DNA from: a virus | Virus record (IMG/VR): IMGVR_UViG_3300036770_003758 | Location: 38,211-102,210 of that record | Length of the DNA: 64,000 nt | Strand: one strand, 5' to 3' | In this document: piece by piece, positions 9,814-20,470 of the stretch | How positions within the stretch are numbered: position 1 is the stretch's first letter | Layout of the letters: every line of letters starts with the position of its first letter | Translations under genes and position numbers: made by a program | Notes under the pieces: generated by a model | What the model saw: the letters and a program-made list of their open reading frames with translations, nothing else | The model's database searches: none | What the model was told of the DNA's origin: nothing

Positions 9814-10578
9814 TTAGTTAAGAAAATCCGTTTCTAACCCAAAATACTCAGATATCACCTTTAACGCTTCACCTGCGTCGTTGATCAAAGTACCATCGCC
9901 TTTGAACATACCGTAAGGTGCTCGTGCTGGAGTATCACCGAGTGGCTTAGTCCTGAACACATACTTAGGTTGTTGTGTCATAGGATCTGTTTGCACATCG
10001 GTGACTAAGATAATGTCCCAGAGCGAAGCTAAAGGTACATTCTTTTTCAACATTTGACCAGCACAAGATATTTCATGTTTGGTTCGCATAATGTAACCAT
10101 CCATGATTTCTGTTGCTGTCAAGTGAAAGTTAAAAATAATAAATAAATCTTCTCGGTTCAACTTAGGGTTAGCAGTAATTTTATCTAAGGCATCAAACAT
10201 TTTGTAAGTGTTGACACCTAGATCAGCCCAATCTTGGCGTTCAAGCTTAGACTTTTGCATTACTGTTTTACCCATCGTAAAGTTAGCGTCGTCAACTACA
10301 ATAACTTTAATGTCAGGTCTTTTTTCTGCTACGTAAATAAGTACGTCAGCAATCTTTTCTGGATCTATGGTGGCTAAATACCTACCACCTTCCATGATTT
10401 TTTTGTCAGCGTTGAATACATTGCGCCAGTTAGGTACTGGAATAAGCTTACCAGGACCAGCACAGGTAATGTACAACGTCTTGTCAACAGGTAAACCTTT
10501 AATCCCTAGCTCTTCGTTAGGAAATAACGATGTAGTTTTACCTGACGCTGGATAACCAGCAATTACAAATGATACCAT
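9814..10578 (-). CDS. AAA_24 / Sak4-like ATPase
   Basis: GYPASGKTTS Walker A, VIVVDD Walker B, ARAPYGMF. Confidence 0.8.
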   Translation of the reverse strand: MVSFVIAGYPASGKTTSLFPNEELGIKGLPVDKTLYITCAGPGKLIPVPNWRNVFNADKKIMEGGRYLATIDPEKIADVLIYVAEKRPDIKVIVVDDANFTMGKTVMQKSKLERQDWADLGVNTYKMFDALDKITANPKLNREDLFIIFNFHLTATEIMDGYIMRTKHEISCAGQMLKKNVPLASLWDIILVTDVQTDPMTQQPKYVFRTKPLGDTPARAPYGMFKGDGTLINDAGEALKVISEYFGLETDFLN

Positions 10579-10590
10579 AATTAATCAGTT

Positions 10591-11652
10591 TTAAATTTCA
10601 TAAAAGTGTGAACCACCAACAAAACCTAATCGCATATCCGCGTTATCGCCGTAACGATTCTCTACAATGTGCGCAGATCTGTACTTCGCAGCACCAGCTT
10701 GGTTAAACGCTACGAAATCATAGCCCATGTGTTTAGTTAACCTGTAGCTAGGATCTGATGGGTCCATCATGGTAATCATTACGGAACAATCTTCGGAGAT
10801 ATTACCAGTATCTTTAATCGAATCTGATGTAGGTTTTATCTTATCACCGTAAAACTTTAACGTATCTACATTTACCCACCTGTTCAAGTGAATCACACCA
10901 ATGTTTACATGACCAAATATCCTAGCAGATTCTACAAGGTAACTAGACATTGCGTCTACGTTATCTTTCATACCATAACCACGTTCACGATGCAATTGCC
11001 GCATGTGGTCTATGATATTAATTACAATCTTGTTAGGGTTATTTGGTTTGTAACCAACAATACGTTCTACTATTTTAGTACCAGTATCTTCTTGAATGTT
11101 ATACTGTTGCGTAATCAACGTACCATTTTCACTAGCATGTTGTCTGAAGTACTTGCTTAAACCAGTAGGGTTATCTTTACCTAACCAGTTTATTTTACCT
11201 TTATGTAACAACACACCATCTTCTGAGTACTCGCCAGATATAGGTACTACGTAGTCTTTGTAAATGCGTTCAATAATACGATAATGATCATCGCTAACAC
11301 GAATCCTAGAACCATCTGGGTTTAACTTCCTACCCATAATGTAGTCAGTGCCTAGTATAATCCTATGCTCTAAGTAAATCTTTCTTGAAATCATCTTAGC
11401 TTCAATATCTTGTCTTGGCATCTCTGTTGATACAAAGTTATACTCGATATCTAAGTCTGGATTAAGTTCAATTAAAGAATTGACAAAGAACTCTGTAACA
11501 AATGTAGACTTACCTACTTTTTGTTCTGAAGCAATGGCTATGTACATTCCTGGATGTATACCATTCATGTTCATATTCATGGTTTTAGATGCTGTTTTAG
11601 CACCGTTGATCTCACCACGCATTGCTTTTTGAATGTGAAATAGTAAGCTCAT
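10591..11652 (-). CDS. DnaB-like (SF4) replicative helicase
   Basis: ASEQKVGKST, STEM, IIDH, HLNR, IKDTGNISED, ENRYG. Confidence 0.8.
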   Translation of the reverse strand: MSLLFHIQKAMRGEINGAKTASKTMNMNMNGIHPGMYIAIASEQKVGKSTFVTEFFVNSLIELNPDLDIEYNFVSTEMPRQDIEAKMISRKIYLEHRIILGTDYIMGRKLNPDGSRIRVSDDHYRIIERIYKDYVVPISGEYSEDGVLLHKGKINWLGKDNPTGLSKYFRQHASENGTLITQQYNIQEDTGTKIVERIVGYKPNNPNKIVINIIDHMRQLHRERGYGMKDNVDAMSSYLVESARIFGHVNIGVIHLNRWVNVDTLKFYGDKIKPTSDSIKDTGNISEDCSVMITMMDPSDPSYRLTKHMGYDFVAFNQAGAAKYRSAHIVENRYGDNADMRLGFVGGSHFYEI

Positions 11653-12167
11653 TAGGCAATCTTGTAGGCTATGCTAGCGTCATTTCTTAGAAATGATTTC
11701 AATGACTTAGCTTTACCTGTTTGTTGATAATAGTTTGCTGTAGCTTGTATTAGTTTTTCTAGGTTAAAGTCATCCGTAGACATTTTAAATCTAGCGAACA
11801 ACAATCTGGTTTCTTCATCGCTGGTAAGTACAGTGTAATCTTGTAAATTGTAGCTAAAGCCTTGTAGTTGCATACCAGCGTCAATAAGACCTTGTAAAAA
11901 GCCATCAAAGTCTTTGTCGTTAGGTACATCAACGTACAATGGATAACGTAATGTTACATTGCCATCTTCATCTACAGTGCACAAGTTAATCCTGAACAAA
12001 TGTTCGTTCTCAGTAGTTAGCAAATCTTTGTCGATAAGCTCTTCAAGTAGTCCATGTGTAGGGTGTGCTATCGAGAAACAAAAGAATAGGGCACTAGCCC
12101 TATCTATTGTTATTTCATCGATAGCGTCAAGCAATTTCTGGTTAATCGGTAAAATGTCCATATTCAA
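11652..12167 (-). CDS. Hypothetical protein (replication module)
   Basis: 171-aa ORF coupled to the helicase genes. Confidence 0.7.
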   Translation of the reverse strand: MNMDILPINQKLLDAIDEITIDRASALFFCFSIAHPTHGLLEELIDKDLLTTENEHLFRINLCTVDEDGNVTLRYPLYVDVPNDKDFDGFLQGLIDAGMQLQGFSYNLQDYTVLTSDEETRLLFARFKMSTDDFNLEKLIQATANYYQQTGKAKSLKSFLRNDASIAYKIA

Positions 12168-13362
12168 AGTTGTTTAATTCCGCAATGTGCAAAACCTTTG
12201 TCTTTTCTTCATAACCAGCGATAAACTTTTGAAAGTTTACATGGTCTTTGGTTACAGGTACGTACAGAACATAGACTACTGGGTTAACACCTCTAGTAGA
12301 CCTACCTCTTCTCTGAATGTTTTGAATATCCACGCCACTTAACGATAGTATTACTACAGCGTCAATATCAGATAAGTTAATACCTTCGTTAAGCATACGT
12401 ACAGTATTCAATACTTTGATCTGTTTCGTGTTGAACTTGAAAATAGCTCTTTCAACTTCTTCTTTGGGCATCTTAGAGTGGATACAAGTACCTTCAAGAC
12501 CTTGTATTTGTTCAATAGTCTCTGCGAATACAACATATCGCTTACCTTTAAGATGTTGCTGTATGTATTGCATGTACTTAGCTTTGTGGTCAGCTAGTAT
12601 TCTTTTGCGAAGCGCACCTAACGGTAGCCATCGAGTGTCTTTTACCCACTGTTGTTTACAGTGATAGTAATAGTTTTTCCAATAATCCATCTCTGATGAT
12701 ACTACATTAAGGTACTCTTCAAAAGTACAACCTTGCACAAAGAAATCTGTGTTTATAAAACGCTTGCGACGTTCGTAGTCTCTGTATGGAATCTCATCAC
12801 TACCACGGTTCATCCTCTTAACAGGTACGCTGTAAAGGGCTGTATCTAAGTCTACGGGTACTTCTAAGCCAACAATCTTCATTGGTGGTATAATACCATT
12901 TTTCATACCTTCTGTGAGCGTAATACGCCATGATTTTACGTAGCCAGTAACTTCTTTAAGTAAAGCTCTGCGCTCTGTTGTGATAGAAGCAGACAAGCAA
13001 ATACAGTACTCAAACTTGATCTTACGTAAATCTTTAGCTGACTCTGGTGTTAACCTATGACATTCGTCTAAGACGATACCTTTAAACGTATGGTTCTCGT
13101 ACTTATATAAAGAACGGTAATTAACAAACACAAAAGAAGGCTTTAAGTTAAACTTTTTACATTCTTCTATGATGTTTTTTTCTTGAACGTTCTGTGACAT
13201 TACCCAAAGCCAAGTGCCACCAATTTCTTTAGGTGCTTTAAGCGCAGGTAATGTTTTACCAACACCAGTTTCCCAGTTTAAAAAGATACGTTTGTATTCT
13301 TTAATAAGCTCTACAGCTTTGTCTTGTATCTGAGTTAGATACTCAAAGTTTTTAGTAAACAT
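12142..13362 (-). CDS. Superfamily 2 helicase
   Basis: TGVGKT, LDECH, LSAS, LNEGINL, IQRRGR. Confidence 0.9.
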   Translation of the reverse strand: MFTKNFEYLTQIQDKAVELIKEYKRIFLNWETGVGKTLPALKAPKEIGGTWLWVMSQNVQEKNIIEECKKFNLKPSFVFVNYRSLYKYENHTFKGIVLDECHRLTPESAKDLRKIKFEYCICLSASITTERRALLKEVTGYVKSWRITLTEGMKNGIIPPMKIVGLEVPVDLDTALYSVPVKRMNRGSDEIPYRDYERRKRFINTDFFVQGCTFEEYLNVVSSEMDYWKNYYYHCKQQWVKDTRWLPLGALRKRILADHKAKYMQYIQQHLKGKRYVVFAETIEQIQGLEGTCIHSKMPKEEVERAIFKFNTKQIKVLNTVRMLNEGINLSDIDAVVILSLSGVDIQNIQRRGRSTRGVNPVVYVLYVPVTKDHVNFQKFIAGYEEKTKVLHIAELNNFEYGHFTD

Positions 13363-13679
13363 TAGTTGTCATGATTTTCTTTGTAAAAAACATACATTTG
13401 TCCGTCATCGTCTTCGTACATAGAGCAAAACAACATATCTGAATACAAGAGGTCTTCAACCCTAGACACAGGTTCTCCAGTATAAAAACCTTCTTGTGCA
13501 GATATGTAAAAAGCTATTTTACATTCAGCTATAAGTCTTTCCACACCGTCTTCGTCGTCTAAATCTTCGACAACATCCAGTGCTTCAGCAAAATAATCTG
13601 GATCTAATACCCAGACAAGTAATATATTCTCAGGGTATGTGTCAGCTATAGCTTTAAGCTCCATGTACATTAAGTTCAT
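13362..13679 (-). CDS. Hypothetical acidic protein
   Basis: Coupled ORF. Confidence 0.65.
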   Translation of the reverse strand: MNLMYMELKAIADTYPENILLVWVLDPDYFAEALDVVEDLDDEDGVERLIAECKIAFYISAQEGFYTGEPVSRVEDLLYSDMLFCSMYEDDDGQMYVFYKENHDN

Positions 13680-15550
13680 ATAAATAGCGTTAGTTGGTTT
13701 TGTATTAAACCAAGGTCTGTAAGTATTTCTTCTGCTTTACGTTTGTAAAAATTGTAGTCTATGTTGTAAGGACCTTTAACATACTTATTAAATATCGTAA
13801 CCTTAGTAGATTTGATATTACCTAACGCATGTTTCTTACCTTGACGCTCTTTAAACAAAAAGTTTCCATCTTTAGAAACATAATACACATTTAGACGCTG
13901 TGGTAATTGCTCATCACCCAGGTACATCGTGTAAGACTTATCTATCTTTTGCGCACCACAGAAATCGTAGATACAACACCTATCAAAAGTATCTTGTAAA
14001 GGTGTGGTATTGACTAAATAATTTTGTACTGCTTTAGGTACTGCTAAAAAGTCCACCTTATTACCTAAGTCTGGGTCAGTAACAAACCAACCTTTTTCTT
14101 TGATAGAACCATCTTCAAATACGCCTAAATAGCTGTTCACATTAAGCATATAAAGCGTATTGTATTTAAAATGTTCTAATTCAAAGCCAGTGTACTCTTC
14201 CCATTCTTTGCATTTAGCCATGAACTCGTCAAACTTATGTTCAGGTACATAAAGCTCAAAACCGTCAGTGTTAGCCATAATAGGTTCACAACCTAAGCTG
14301 ATAGCTTCTTCCAGTAACATCAACAAAAACAGTTGACCGTTAATAGTAATCCTAAAGAAACTGTATGGGTCATACACTGGTGAGTTTTCTTGGTTAAAGT
14401 TACCGATAGTACCATTAGCTGCTAACTTAAGCAAGTTAGCTTCTGGTGATTTACCTTGACCAGAATGTTTAAGTTTAAGTCTTTCTTTACGGATGTAACC
14501 TAATTGCTCGTATAACTTACACTGTAACGTTTCAGCTAGTGCAGGGTAATAACCAGCGACATCTAAAGAATGAAAAATATACCCTGGTTTATTACGATAT
14601 GTAGCTGGTTTATTTTTACTATGCAAGCCACCTTGCTTAAGTTCAAACTGCACACCAGCTAATGTCACGTTAAGATGCAAAGGTTTTTTACGGTGATGCT
14701 TGTTGACTTGAGTAAGTAGTACTTTAAGTTCGTGTGATTTGAATTTGATGCGATTGTCTACGACTTCATAGAAGAAATTAAAGTCCCTAGGTTCAGATAT
14801 AGGCGCGTCGGTAAGTTTAAGTGCTACGTTAAGACCTAGTTTAACAGCATCTGCACTAAGTATAGATTTGTTAAACCCATACTTTTGTATTGCTGCTTTA
14901 CGTAGATCTATCATTTCAGGAAACGTAGTAGATTTACCTTGCCAGTTAAACTTTTTAGTAAGCAGATACCTTAAAATACCTAAGTCGTGAACTGCGTTAT
15001 ATTCCAATAGCTTCATTCGCATATCATCCTGTACAGGTTGATCTGGTTTAATAGGTAACTCTTGAATAACAGGATAACGTAACTGCACAGCTAAGCCTTT
15101 TAAGCTTATTTTTTTGGTGATACGCAGCATTCTAGACCAGTACGTAAATAAGTCAATGTCGTGCCACTTGTGATGCCACTTATACTTCTTGTAATCTTCG
15201 TTCATAAACCAAGTGTCATCTGTAATCACTAAGTCTGAAAACATCTTAATGTCTTCGTTATTAGCTTCTGGGTTAAGACGCACGTAGTTTAGCACAGGAC
15301 AATCGTAGTGTACACCGTTAAACGTAACTACTTCAGTTCTTTTCTGATCTAATAAGTTTAGGTAATGTATAAGTAACTGCCTATCGTCTTGGTACTTATC
15401 GTAAATAAAAACGTGGGTGCTACCGTTAAAATCAGTAACACCCACGCAAAAGAAATTTACAAAGCACTCAACGTCTAACCCAACTCTAGTAGCATTACAG
15501 AGTTGCGTATAAACGTATGGCATGTTTTGAATCATAGAAGGTGTGGTCAT
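13676..15550 (-). CDS. DNA polymerase family B with 3'-5' exonuclease
   Basis: ExoI DVECF, ExoII FNGVHYD, ExoIII YNAVHD; SLDVAGYYP, KLAANGTIG, ANTDG. Confidence 0.9.
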   Translation of the reverse strand: MTTPSMIQNMPYVYTQLCNATRVGLDVECFVNFFCVGVTDFNGSTHVFIYDKYQDDRQLLIHYLNLLDQKRTEVVTFNGVHYDCPVLNYVRLNPEANNEDIKMFSDLVITDDTWFMNEDYKKYKWHHKWHDIDLFTYWSRMLRITKKISLKGLAVQLRYPVIQELPIKPDQPVQDDMRMKLLEYNAVHDLGILRYLLTKKFNWQGKSTTFPEMIDLRKAAIQKYGFNKSILSADAVKLGLNVALKLTDAPISEPRDFNFFYEVVDNRIKFKSHELKVLLTQVNKHHRKKPLHLNVTLAGVQFELKQGGLHSKNKPATYRNKPGYIFHSLDVAGYYPALAETLQCKLYEQLGYIRKERLKLKHSGQGKSPEANLLKLAANGTIGNFNQENSPVYDPYSFFRITINGQLFLLMLLEEAISLGCEPIMANTDGFELYVPEHKFDEFMAKCKEWEEYTGFELEHFKYNTLYMLNVNSYLGVFEDGSIKEKGWFVTDPDLGNKVDFLAVPKAVQNYLVNTTPLQDTFDRCCIYDFCGAQKIDKSYTMYLGDEQLPQRLNVYYVSKDGNFLFKERQGKKHALGNIKSTKVTIFNKYVKGPYNIDYNFYKRKAEEILTDLGLIQNQLTLFI

Positions 15551-15998
15551 GATACGTAACTACTTTTTCATTTTTAATAGTCCTTAACCATTTCTTGTCA
15601 GTTGCAATTTTTTCGTTTGCAAAATACAATACTGTTTCTGGTAGAACTTTCTCTTCCATGACCAGTACTCTAAACGCAGCGTCATAAGATTCTTGATTAG
15701 GTTTTTGATGAAAGTATTTAGTGCTTACACCGTCAAATTGTCCTTTAGACAATATTACGGAACGAATACTAGTTTTCACACCTAATTTTGAAAAATATTT
15801 CTGCCTGTTTACAACAACTTGTGCTACTGCTAGTTTACCGACCATAGGTTGATTACCAGCTTCGCAGTAAACAAGTCTTGCAAGTAGTTGTAAATCGTCA
15901 CAAGACTTTGCTGATACTGTAATTGTGTCACCGTATGCTACATAAATAGGTTCTGGAGACACGAACATTAACGTAAACCATAAACATAATTTCATCAT
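15495..15998 (-). CDS. Cell wall hydrolase, SleB/Hydrolase_2 family, with signal or anchor sequence
   Basis: LLARLVYCEAGNQ...GKLAVAQVVVNR...GQF...LYF...HTFY. Confidence 0.9.
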   Translation of the reverse strand: MMKLCLWFTLMFVSPEPIYVAYGDTITVSAKSCDDLQLLARLVYCEAGNQPMVGKLAVAQVVVNRQKYFSKLGVKTSIRSVILSKGQFDGVSTKYFHQKPNQESYDAAFRVLVMEEKVLPETVLYFANEKIATDKKWLRTIKNEKVVTYHDHTFYDSKHAIRLYATL

Positions 15999-16046
15999 TA
16001 TGTATTTGGTGAAACAATAACAAGGTACTTACACCTTGCCTTAGAC

Positions 16047-16088
16047 AAAAAAACTGTTTGAGTTAGGTGTTACCCTAACCCAAACAGT
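16047..16088 (-). terminator. Rho-independent terminator after the AAA ATPase
   Basis: ACTGTTTGAGTTAGG/CCTAACCCAAACAGT stem with a T-run on the minus strand. Confidence 0.7.
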
Positions 16089-16160
16089 ATTGATACCTAG
16101 TCGATTATAGGTAGGTACCCACTAACATATACGTAAAGTTAGTGAATTACCTCCAATAAA

Positions 16161-17594
16161 TCAACCCTTGTAATCCTCAGATGAATACTCAGCAATGATA
16201 CCAGGCGCAGCCTTCTGAAGAACAGTGTGCATAACCTTACCTGCGTAGTACTCAAGGCCAGCAGGTTTCTCCTGATCTTTGTGAATAAACGCATTGTGCT
16301 GCGTGATCTGAGAAATGTTTGCTTCGATGAAATCTTCGGTAAGTTCAATGTTGAGTTCTTCAGCAGCCAAGATCAGACGCTTGCACAACTGAGTAACTTC
16401 TGAGCCAGCGATGTTTTCTGGCAAACGATTTGCAAGCTTCTCGGTGTCGATGTTCTCAAAGCCAGCGATGTGATCCAAGTTGAGGTCCATGATGGTTTTA
16501 GACATCTCTTTGGTGCAATACGGAAACTCCACGATGAAGTCAATCCTGCCACTGCGACGGAAGCTCTGATGAATACGATCGATGTTGTTTGTAGTAAACA
16601 CAAAGATAACATCGGTATTCTTCAAGCTTTGGCCATCGATAGTATTAAGGATATCGTTCATATCCGAGTTACGCTCGCCACCGAGAACATCGTCAATGTC
16701 TTCTGCAAACACTGTAGAGTAACCATAGTTCTCCAAGTATGGAAGAAGAGTTTCGAGTTGGTTAGAGTTGTGCAGATAAAAGAATGTTCTACCAGCATCA
16801 ATAGATTCTTTACCAAGACGAATGGCAGTTTCTGTTTTACCCGTACCGTAAGGGCCATAGAACAACATCTTCTGAGACTTCTTGTTGTGAAGTTTCACAT
16901 ACGGAAGAATCAGGTTCGTAATCGTGACGTTGGTATCACGGCTAAGCACGATGTTCTTAGCTACCTTGAGGTTGATAGGGTGCATAAGCAAACCAGAACG
17001 CAATTGTTCAATAGTAACAGCTTTACCTTGCATCACCTTGTTGGTAGCAACTTCTTTGCCGATGTTGCTCAGGAATGCTTCTGCTGTTTTCTTGTACCTG
17101 TTCTTACACCGGATACCAATAGCACTTGGTGTCAACGTAAGGATAGCATCATCCCACACCTTGATAACCATAGAGCCGATGAACGCAGATTCTTCGATCT
17201 TGTTACCCTGGTCATCAAAACCAATAGGAATTTGCATGTACGTAGATTGCGTACGATCACCAGTGTAATCACGTGGCGATTCGATGAACTTACCAATAGT
17301 TTTGGTAAGCACGCGGTTTACGGTAAGCAAGAAATCGTTCAAGAAAAAGTTGGAGTAACTTTGTGCTACGGTAGTAATGCTTTCTTCGTGCTCATACTGC
17401 GCAATCAGTGTTTCTGATGCTTGTAAGTAGTCCATACCTCTTGGTAACAAGATGTGTGGATGGTCGTGATACAGAGGTTCTTTTGAGTTCTGATCAACTC
17501 TTGACTTGTAGCCGCTAGGCTTCACTGCGTTGAAGAGATCTTTGATAAACTCAAGACCTGCTGCAACTTGAACTTCTTTGACTTTTTTAGTCAT
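16161..17594 (-). CDS. Classical AAA ATPase (FtsH/CDC48/BCS1-like module) with an uncharacterised N-terminal region
   Basis: YGPYGTGKT, VFAEDID, FTTNNIDRI, RRSGRID second region of homology. Confidence 0.9.
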   Translation of the reverse strand: MTKKVKEVQVAAGLEFIKDLFNAVKPSGYKSRVDQNSKEPLYHDHPHILLPRGMDYLQASETLIAQYEHEESITTVAQSYSNFFLNDFLLTVNRVLTKTIGKFIESPRDYTGDRTQSTYMQIPIGFDDQGNKIEESAFIGSMVIKVWDDAILTLTPSAIGIRCKNRYKKTAEAFLSNIGKEVATNKVMQGKAVTIEQLRSGLLMHPINLKVAKNIVLSRDTNVTITNLILPYVKLHNKKSQKMLFYGPYGTGKTETAIRLGKESIDAGRTFFYLHNSNQLETLLPYLENYGYSTVFAEDIDDVLGGERNSDMNDILNTIDGQSLKNTDVIFVFTTNNIDRIHQSFRRSGRIDFIVEFPYCTKEMSKTIMDLNLDHIAGFENIDTEKLANRLPENIAGSEVTQLCKRLILAAEELNIELTEDFIEANISQITQHNAFIHKDQEKPAGLEYYAGKVMHTVLQKAAPGIIAEYSSEDYKG

Positions 17595-17628
17595 GATAAA
17601 GTGTTTATGAGTAAATAAATAAATAGCC

Positions 17629-17730
17629 TTATTTGCGTGCGATAAGTACCGTTAACCCACCGGGTTGTTCGTACAAATCGCAGTTTTCATCTTTAGGGGT
17701 AATTAGCCAATGTAAATAGTACACTTGCAT
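17629..17730 (-). CDS. Array micro-ORF, last unit (33 aa)
   Basis: MQVYYLHWLITPKDENCDLYEQPGGLTVLIARK; ends about 35 bp before the AAA ATPase start. Confidence 0.65.
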   Translation of the reverse strand: MQVYYLHWLITPKDENCDLYEQPGGLTVLIARK

Positions 17731-18814
17731 ATCTTAGTATTAAAAAGTAAGAACTGTTTGTTAAATTGTTTTCTATTCTAAGGTGCACGTGCATGTGGTA
17801 ATAAAACGTTATAAGTTTCATGTTTTAAACTTTAACGTTGCCGTCATAGCACTGTGGTCAGACTTAGCGTAATTAAAAGAATCTCTTATCACGTGGTTTA
17901 AATCTAAACCAAGTATAAACTTAAGTTTGTTTAATTCCATTGCTGTAGTTTTTGAATGTAGAAAATAGAAGTCTTTACCAGCAAGAATACAGTTCGTCGT
18001 TTCATAGACCACCAGTATTTCTTATTCATGTGAATGCTGTATATATTCATCTATTGTAATTTTTGAACTAAACCGCAATAGTTATATTCGTATACTAAAC
18101 TACAGTGAAAAGTAGGATGTACCCACTGCATACTTTTAAATATCAACATATTAACTTATTTATTAATATAAATATTTTTGAAGCAGCGTCTATTTTAACT
18201 GCACTAGTGTAATATTGATACGGAAACATTGTTGAAATTCCTCTTATCAGCATACCGTGTGCTTAAGTGTTAACAAATACTTAGTTCTAACAGTATTTAC
18301 TTTAGCGATATGAAAGTTAAAGTGAAAATTCTGGCATTTGACAACTATATTAATTACTTGCATACCATGTATTTCAACAAGGCTTTTACATCGACTCTAT
18401 TTTCATTAGCGTTTCTGAAGCAAAAGTCTTGTGCCCTTGTTAATCTTAAATCAGATAGCTCCATTACATGTATTTTAATAAAGTTATGTAATTCTTTCTT
18501 TTGTAATGTTCAGCATACGTGGTTATCATCTCGTAGCTGTTACCAATTGCGTAGTCTAATATAATGTCGTATAAACGATCGTTTATTTCCATAACATGTA
18601 TTTTGCGATTAACCTAATGTCAACGTCAAGTTTTTCTGCAGTATCTTCAAATCGTATAAGTTTCTTTGAACCAAAAAAACTTACATTATACAATGTAGTA
18701 CACCTCATACAATAAATTTTAGACAGCAATCGTGAAAAACAAATGGCCAAGTAGAAGCTTTGTATAGTTCTTTACAACCAGCAGAGTAGTTTGTGAACCT
18801 AAACATTAACGTGG

Positions 18815-18943
18815 TCATTTGTATTTGTTTTTAGACTTACGTTGATCTTTTTTGTATTCTACGTAGGCCATCGTGTAAGCAAACACTAGAATAAAGCTTA
18901 CGATAAACAAAAACCCTAAAATTATTTTTGCGAAATTATCCAT
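18815..18943 (-). CDS. Array micro-ORF, single-TM peptide (42 aa)
   Basis: MDNFAKIILGFLFIVSFILVFAYTMAYVEYKKDQRKSKNKYK. Confidence 0.75.
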   Translation of the reverse strand: MDNFAKIILGFLFIVSFILVFAYTMAYVEYKKDQRKSKNKYK

Positions 18944-19031
18944 GGTTATATGTATTTAATTGTTAACAAATATTTAGTATTAAACATTTCTCCTGATATA
19001 AAAGTGTGTACAGGTTGTATGTGGTATCTGT

Positions 19032-19145
19032 TTAATCTTTCTGTTGGCATTGGTGAAATTTTACAATTAGTTGATAAGTATTTCTAACAGTAGGTGTGTA
19101 AAACATCATGGTGTATACGTGATATTTTATCTTTACTACAGGCAT
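19032..19145 (-). CDS. Array micro-ORF (37 aa)
   Basis: MPVVKIKYHVYTMMFYTPTVRNTYQLIVKFHQCQQKD; paralog of the adjacent unit. Confidence 0.75.
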   Translation of the reverse strand: MPVVKIKYHVYTMMFYTPTVRNTYQLIVKFHQCQQKD

Positions 19146-19234
19146 TTTACAATTAGTTGTTGATAAGCATTTATAATAGTAGGTACATGATAGGGCATGT
19201 TGTGCGCATGATACCATATTTTTATCACATGCAT
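19136..19234 (-). CDS. Array micro-ORF (32 aa)
   Basis: MHVIKIWYHAHNMPYHVPTIINAYQQLIVKCL. Confidence 0.75.
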   Translation of the reverse strand: MHVIKIWYHAHNMPYHVPTIINAYQQLIVKCL

Positions 19235-19859
19235 TTTACAATTATTTTTAAGTAGTGATCATAATAAGGTTTCCACATAAGCTTTCTACTTATACGAGCA
19301 CGTGTGTAATCTATTTCTTCACTCCACATATTTTGTAGTTATTAAAGTGTACGCGGCTGTATACGTAAATGTTCTATACAGTATATAAACATTATTCTTG
19401 TCAAATAAATAAAAAGATTTAGCTATATTCATTTTTGTTTAAATACGATTAAATAAATAGTATTTACATTGTCAAAATCTGCATCACAGTACTTTTCTTT
19501 TTTAGAGCAGTAGTAATACTGATAATAAAAATCGTCAACTTCAAATTCCATAGTTTACAGTTTATACGTTTGTGATACAATAAAGTGCAACTTAGTTCCA
19601 CCAAACTTGATTTTGTGAACAAAAACTTCTTGCATAATAAAGAATATGTTCATAGCTGTTTAATTAGCACAAGATTTGAACCTAAATTGTAGTTAAATGG
19701 TACAAAAAGTTGACCAGGTACGTGAAATTTAAACTCCATTATCATGTCAGTAGTATTTAAGCATTGTGATAAACGCGTGTAGATGATACTCTATCGTTAT
19801 AGCTGGATAGCATTTAGGCACGTAGAACGTATAGCTTTGTTCCATAGTAGATATTTTAC

Positions 19860-19982
19860 TTATCTGCATCGTATATGTTTTACTACAATTCTAAATCCAA
19901 TGTCTAGTGTAAGGTCTAATATATTTCTATTAGGAAACCTGAGTTCGTAATTAGCTTGTACAAGCGTGTTATAATACATCAT
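19860..19982 (-). CDS. Array micro-ORF (40 aa) ending in an FGE-like GFR strand
   Basis: MMYYNTLVQANYELRFPNRNILDLTLDIGFRIVVKHIRCR. Confidence 0.8.
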   Translation of the reverse strand: MMYYNTLVQANYELRFPNRNILDLTLDIGFRIVVKHIRCR

Positions 19983-20104
19983 TGCCGTAGAAATTTTAAC
20001 ATTAAAATAAACCTATCTCTTTCTGTCATATTGTTGTGTATGTATTGAATAACACTTTTACCCATACCTCTAAAATCTGGATATATAGCTGTTAAATACA
20101 TCAT
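19979..20104 (-). CDS. Array micro-ORF (41 aa)
   Basis: MMYLTAIYPDFRGMGKSVIQYIHNNMTERDRFILMLKFLRQ. Confidence 0.85.
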   Translation of the reverse strand: MMYLTAIYPDFRGMGKSVIQYIHNNMTERDRFILMLKFLRQ

Positions 20105-20223
20105 GGTATAAACTTTAGTGTAAAAATAAATCTGTCTATTTCAGATATATTCTCAGGTAAATATTGAATAATGTTCTTACCCATGTTTCTAAACTCTGGG
20201 TACATAGCAAGTAAAGACATCAT
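20101..20223 (-). CDS. Array micro-ORF (40 aa)
   Basis: MMSLLAMYPEFRNMGKNIIQYLPENISEIDRFIFTLKFIP; paralog of 19979-20104. Confidence 0.85.
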   Translation of the reverse strand: MMSLLAMYPEFRNMGKNIIQYLPENISEIDRFIFTLKFIP

Positions 20224-20338
20224 AGTATTTGTTTTAATGTTATACTAAACCCATGACATACTGGTTCACGTAAACCATGTAGATAAGTGTATTTTATTTT
20301 TGTGCGACTGTGATTAAATAAAATCGCAATTAAATTTC

Positions 20339-20470
20339 TCATGGTACGTGTTTTAAGATAAGTTGAAATCTATCATAAGATGTGATTCTTTCTTGTGTTT
20401 TAAGCGTTTTTTTCAAAGGTGTAAATTTTCTGCGATAAGTTTTAAGAAGCCAGAAGTGTATTGATTTCAT
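20339..20470 (-). CDS. Array micro-ORF (43 aa)
   Basis: MKSIHFWLLKTYRRKFTPLKKTLKTQERITSYDRFQLILKHVP. Confidence 0.8.
   Translation of the reverse strand: MKSIHFWLLKTYRRKFTPLKKTLKTQERITSYDRFQLILKHVP

Noticed and set aside
16470-17417. 315-aa plus-strand ORF
   Set aside because: Antisense shadow of the AAA ATPase, explained by codon bias.
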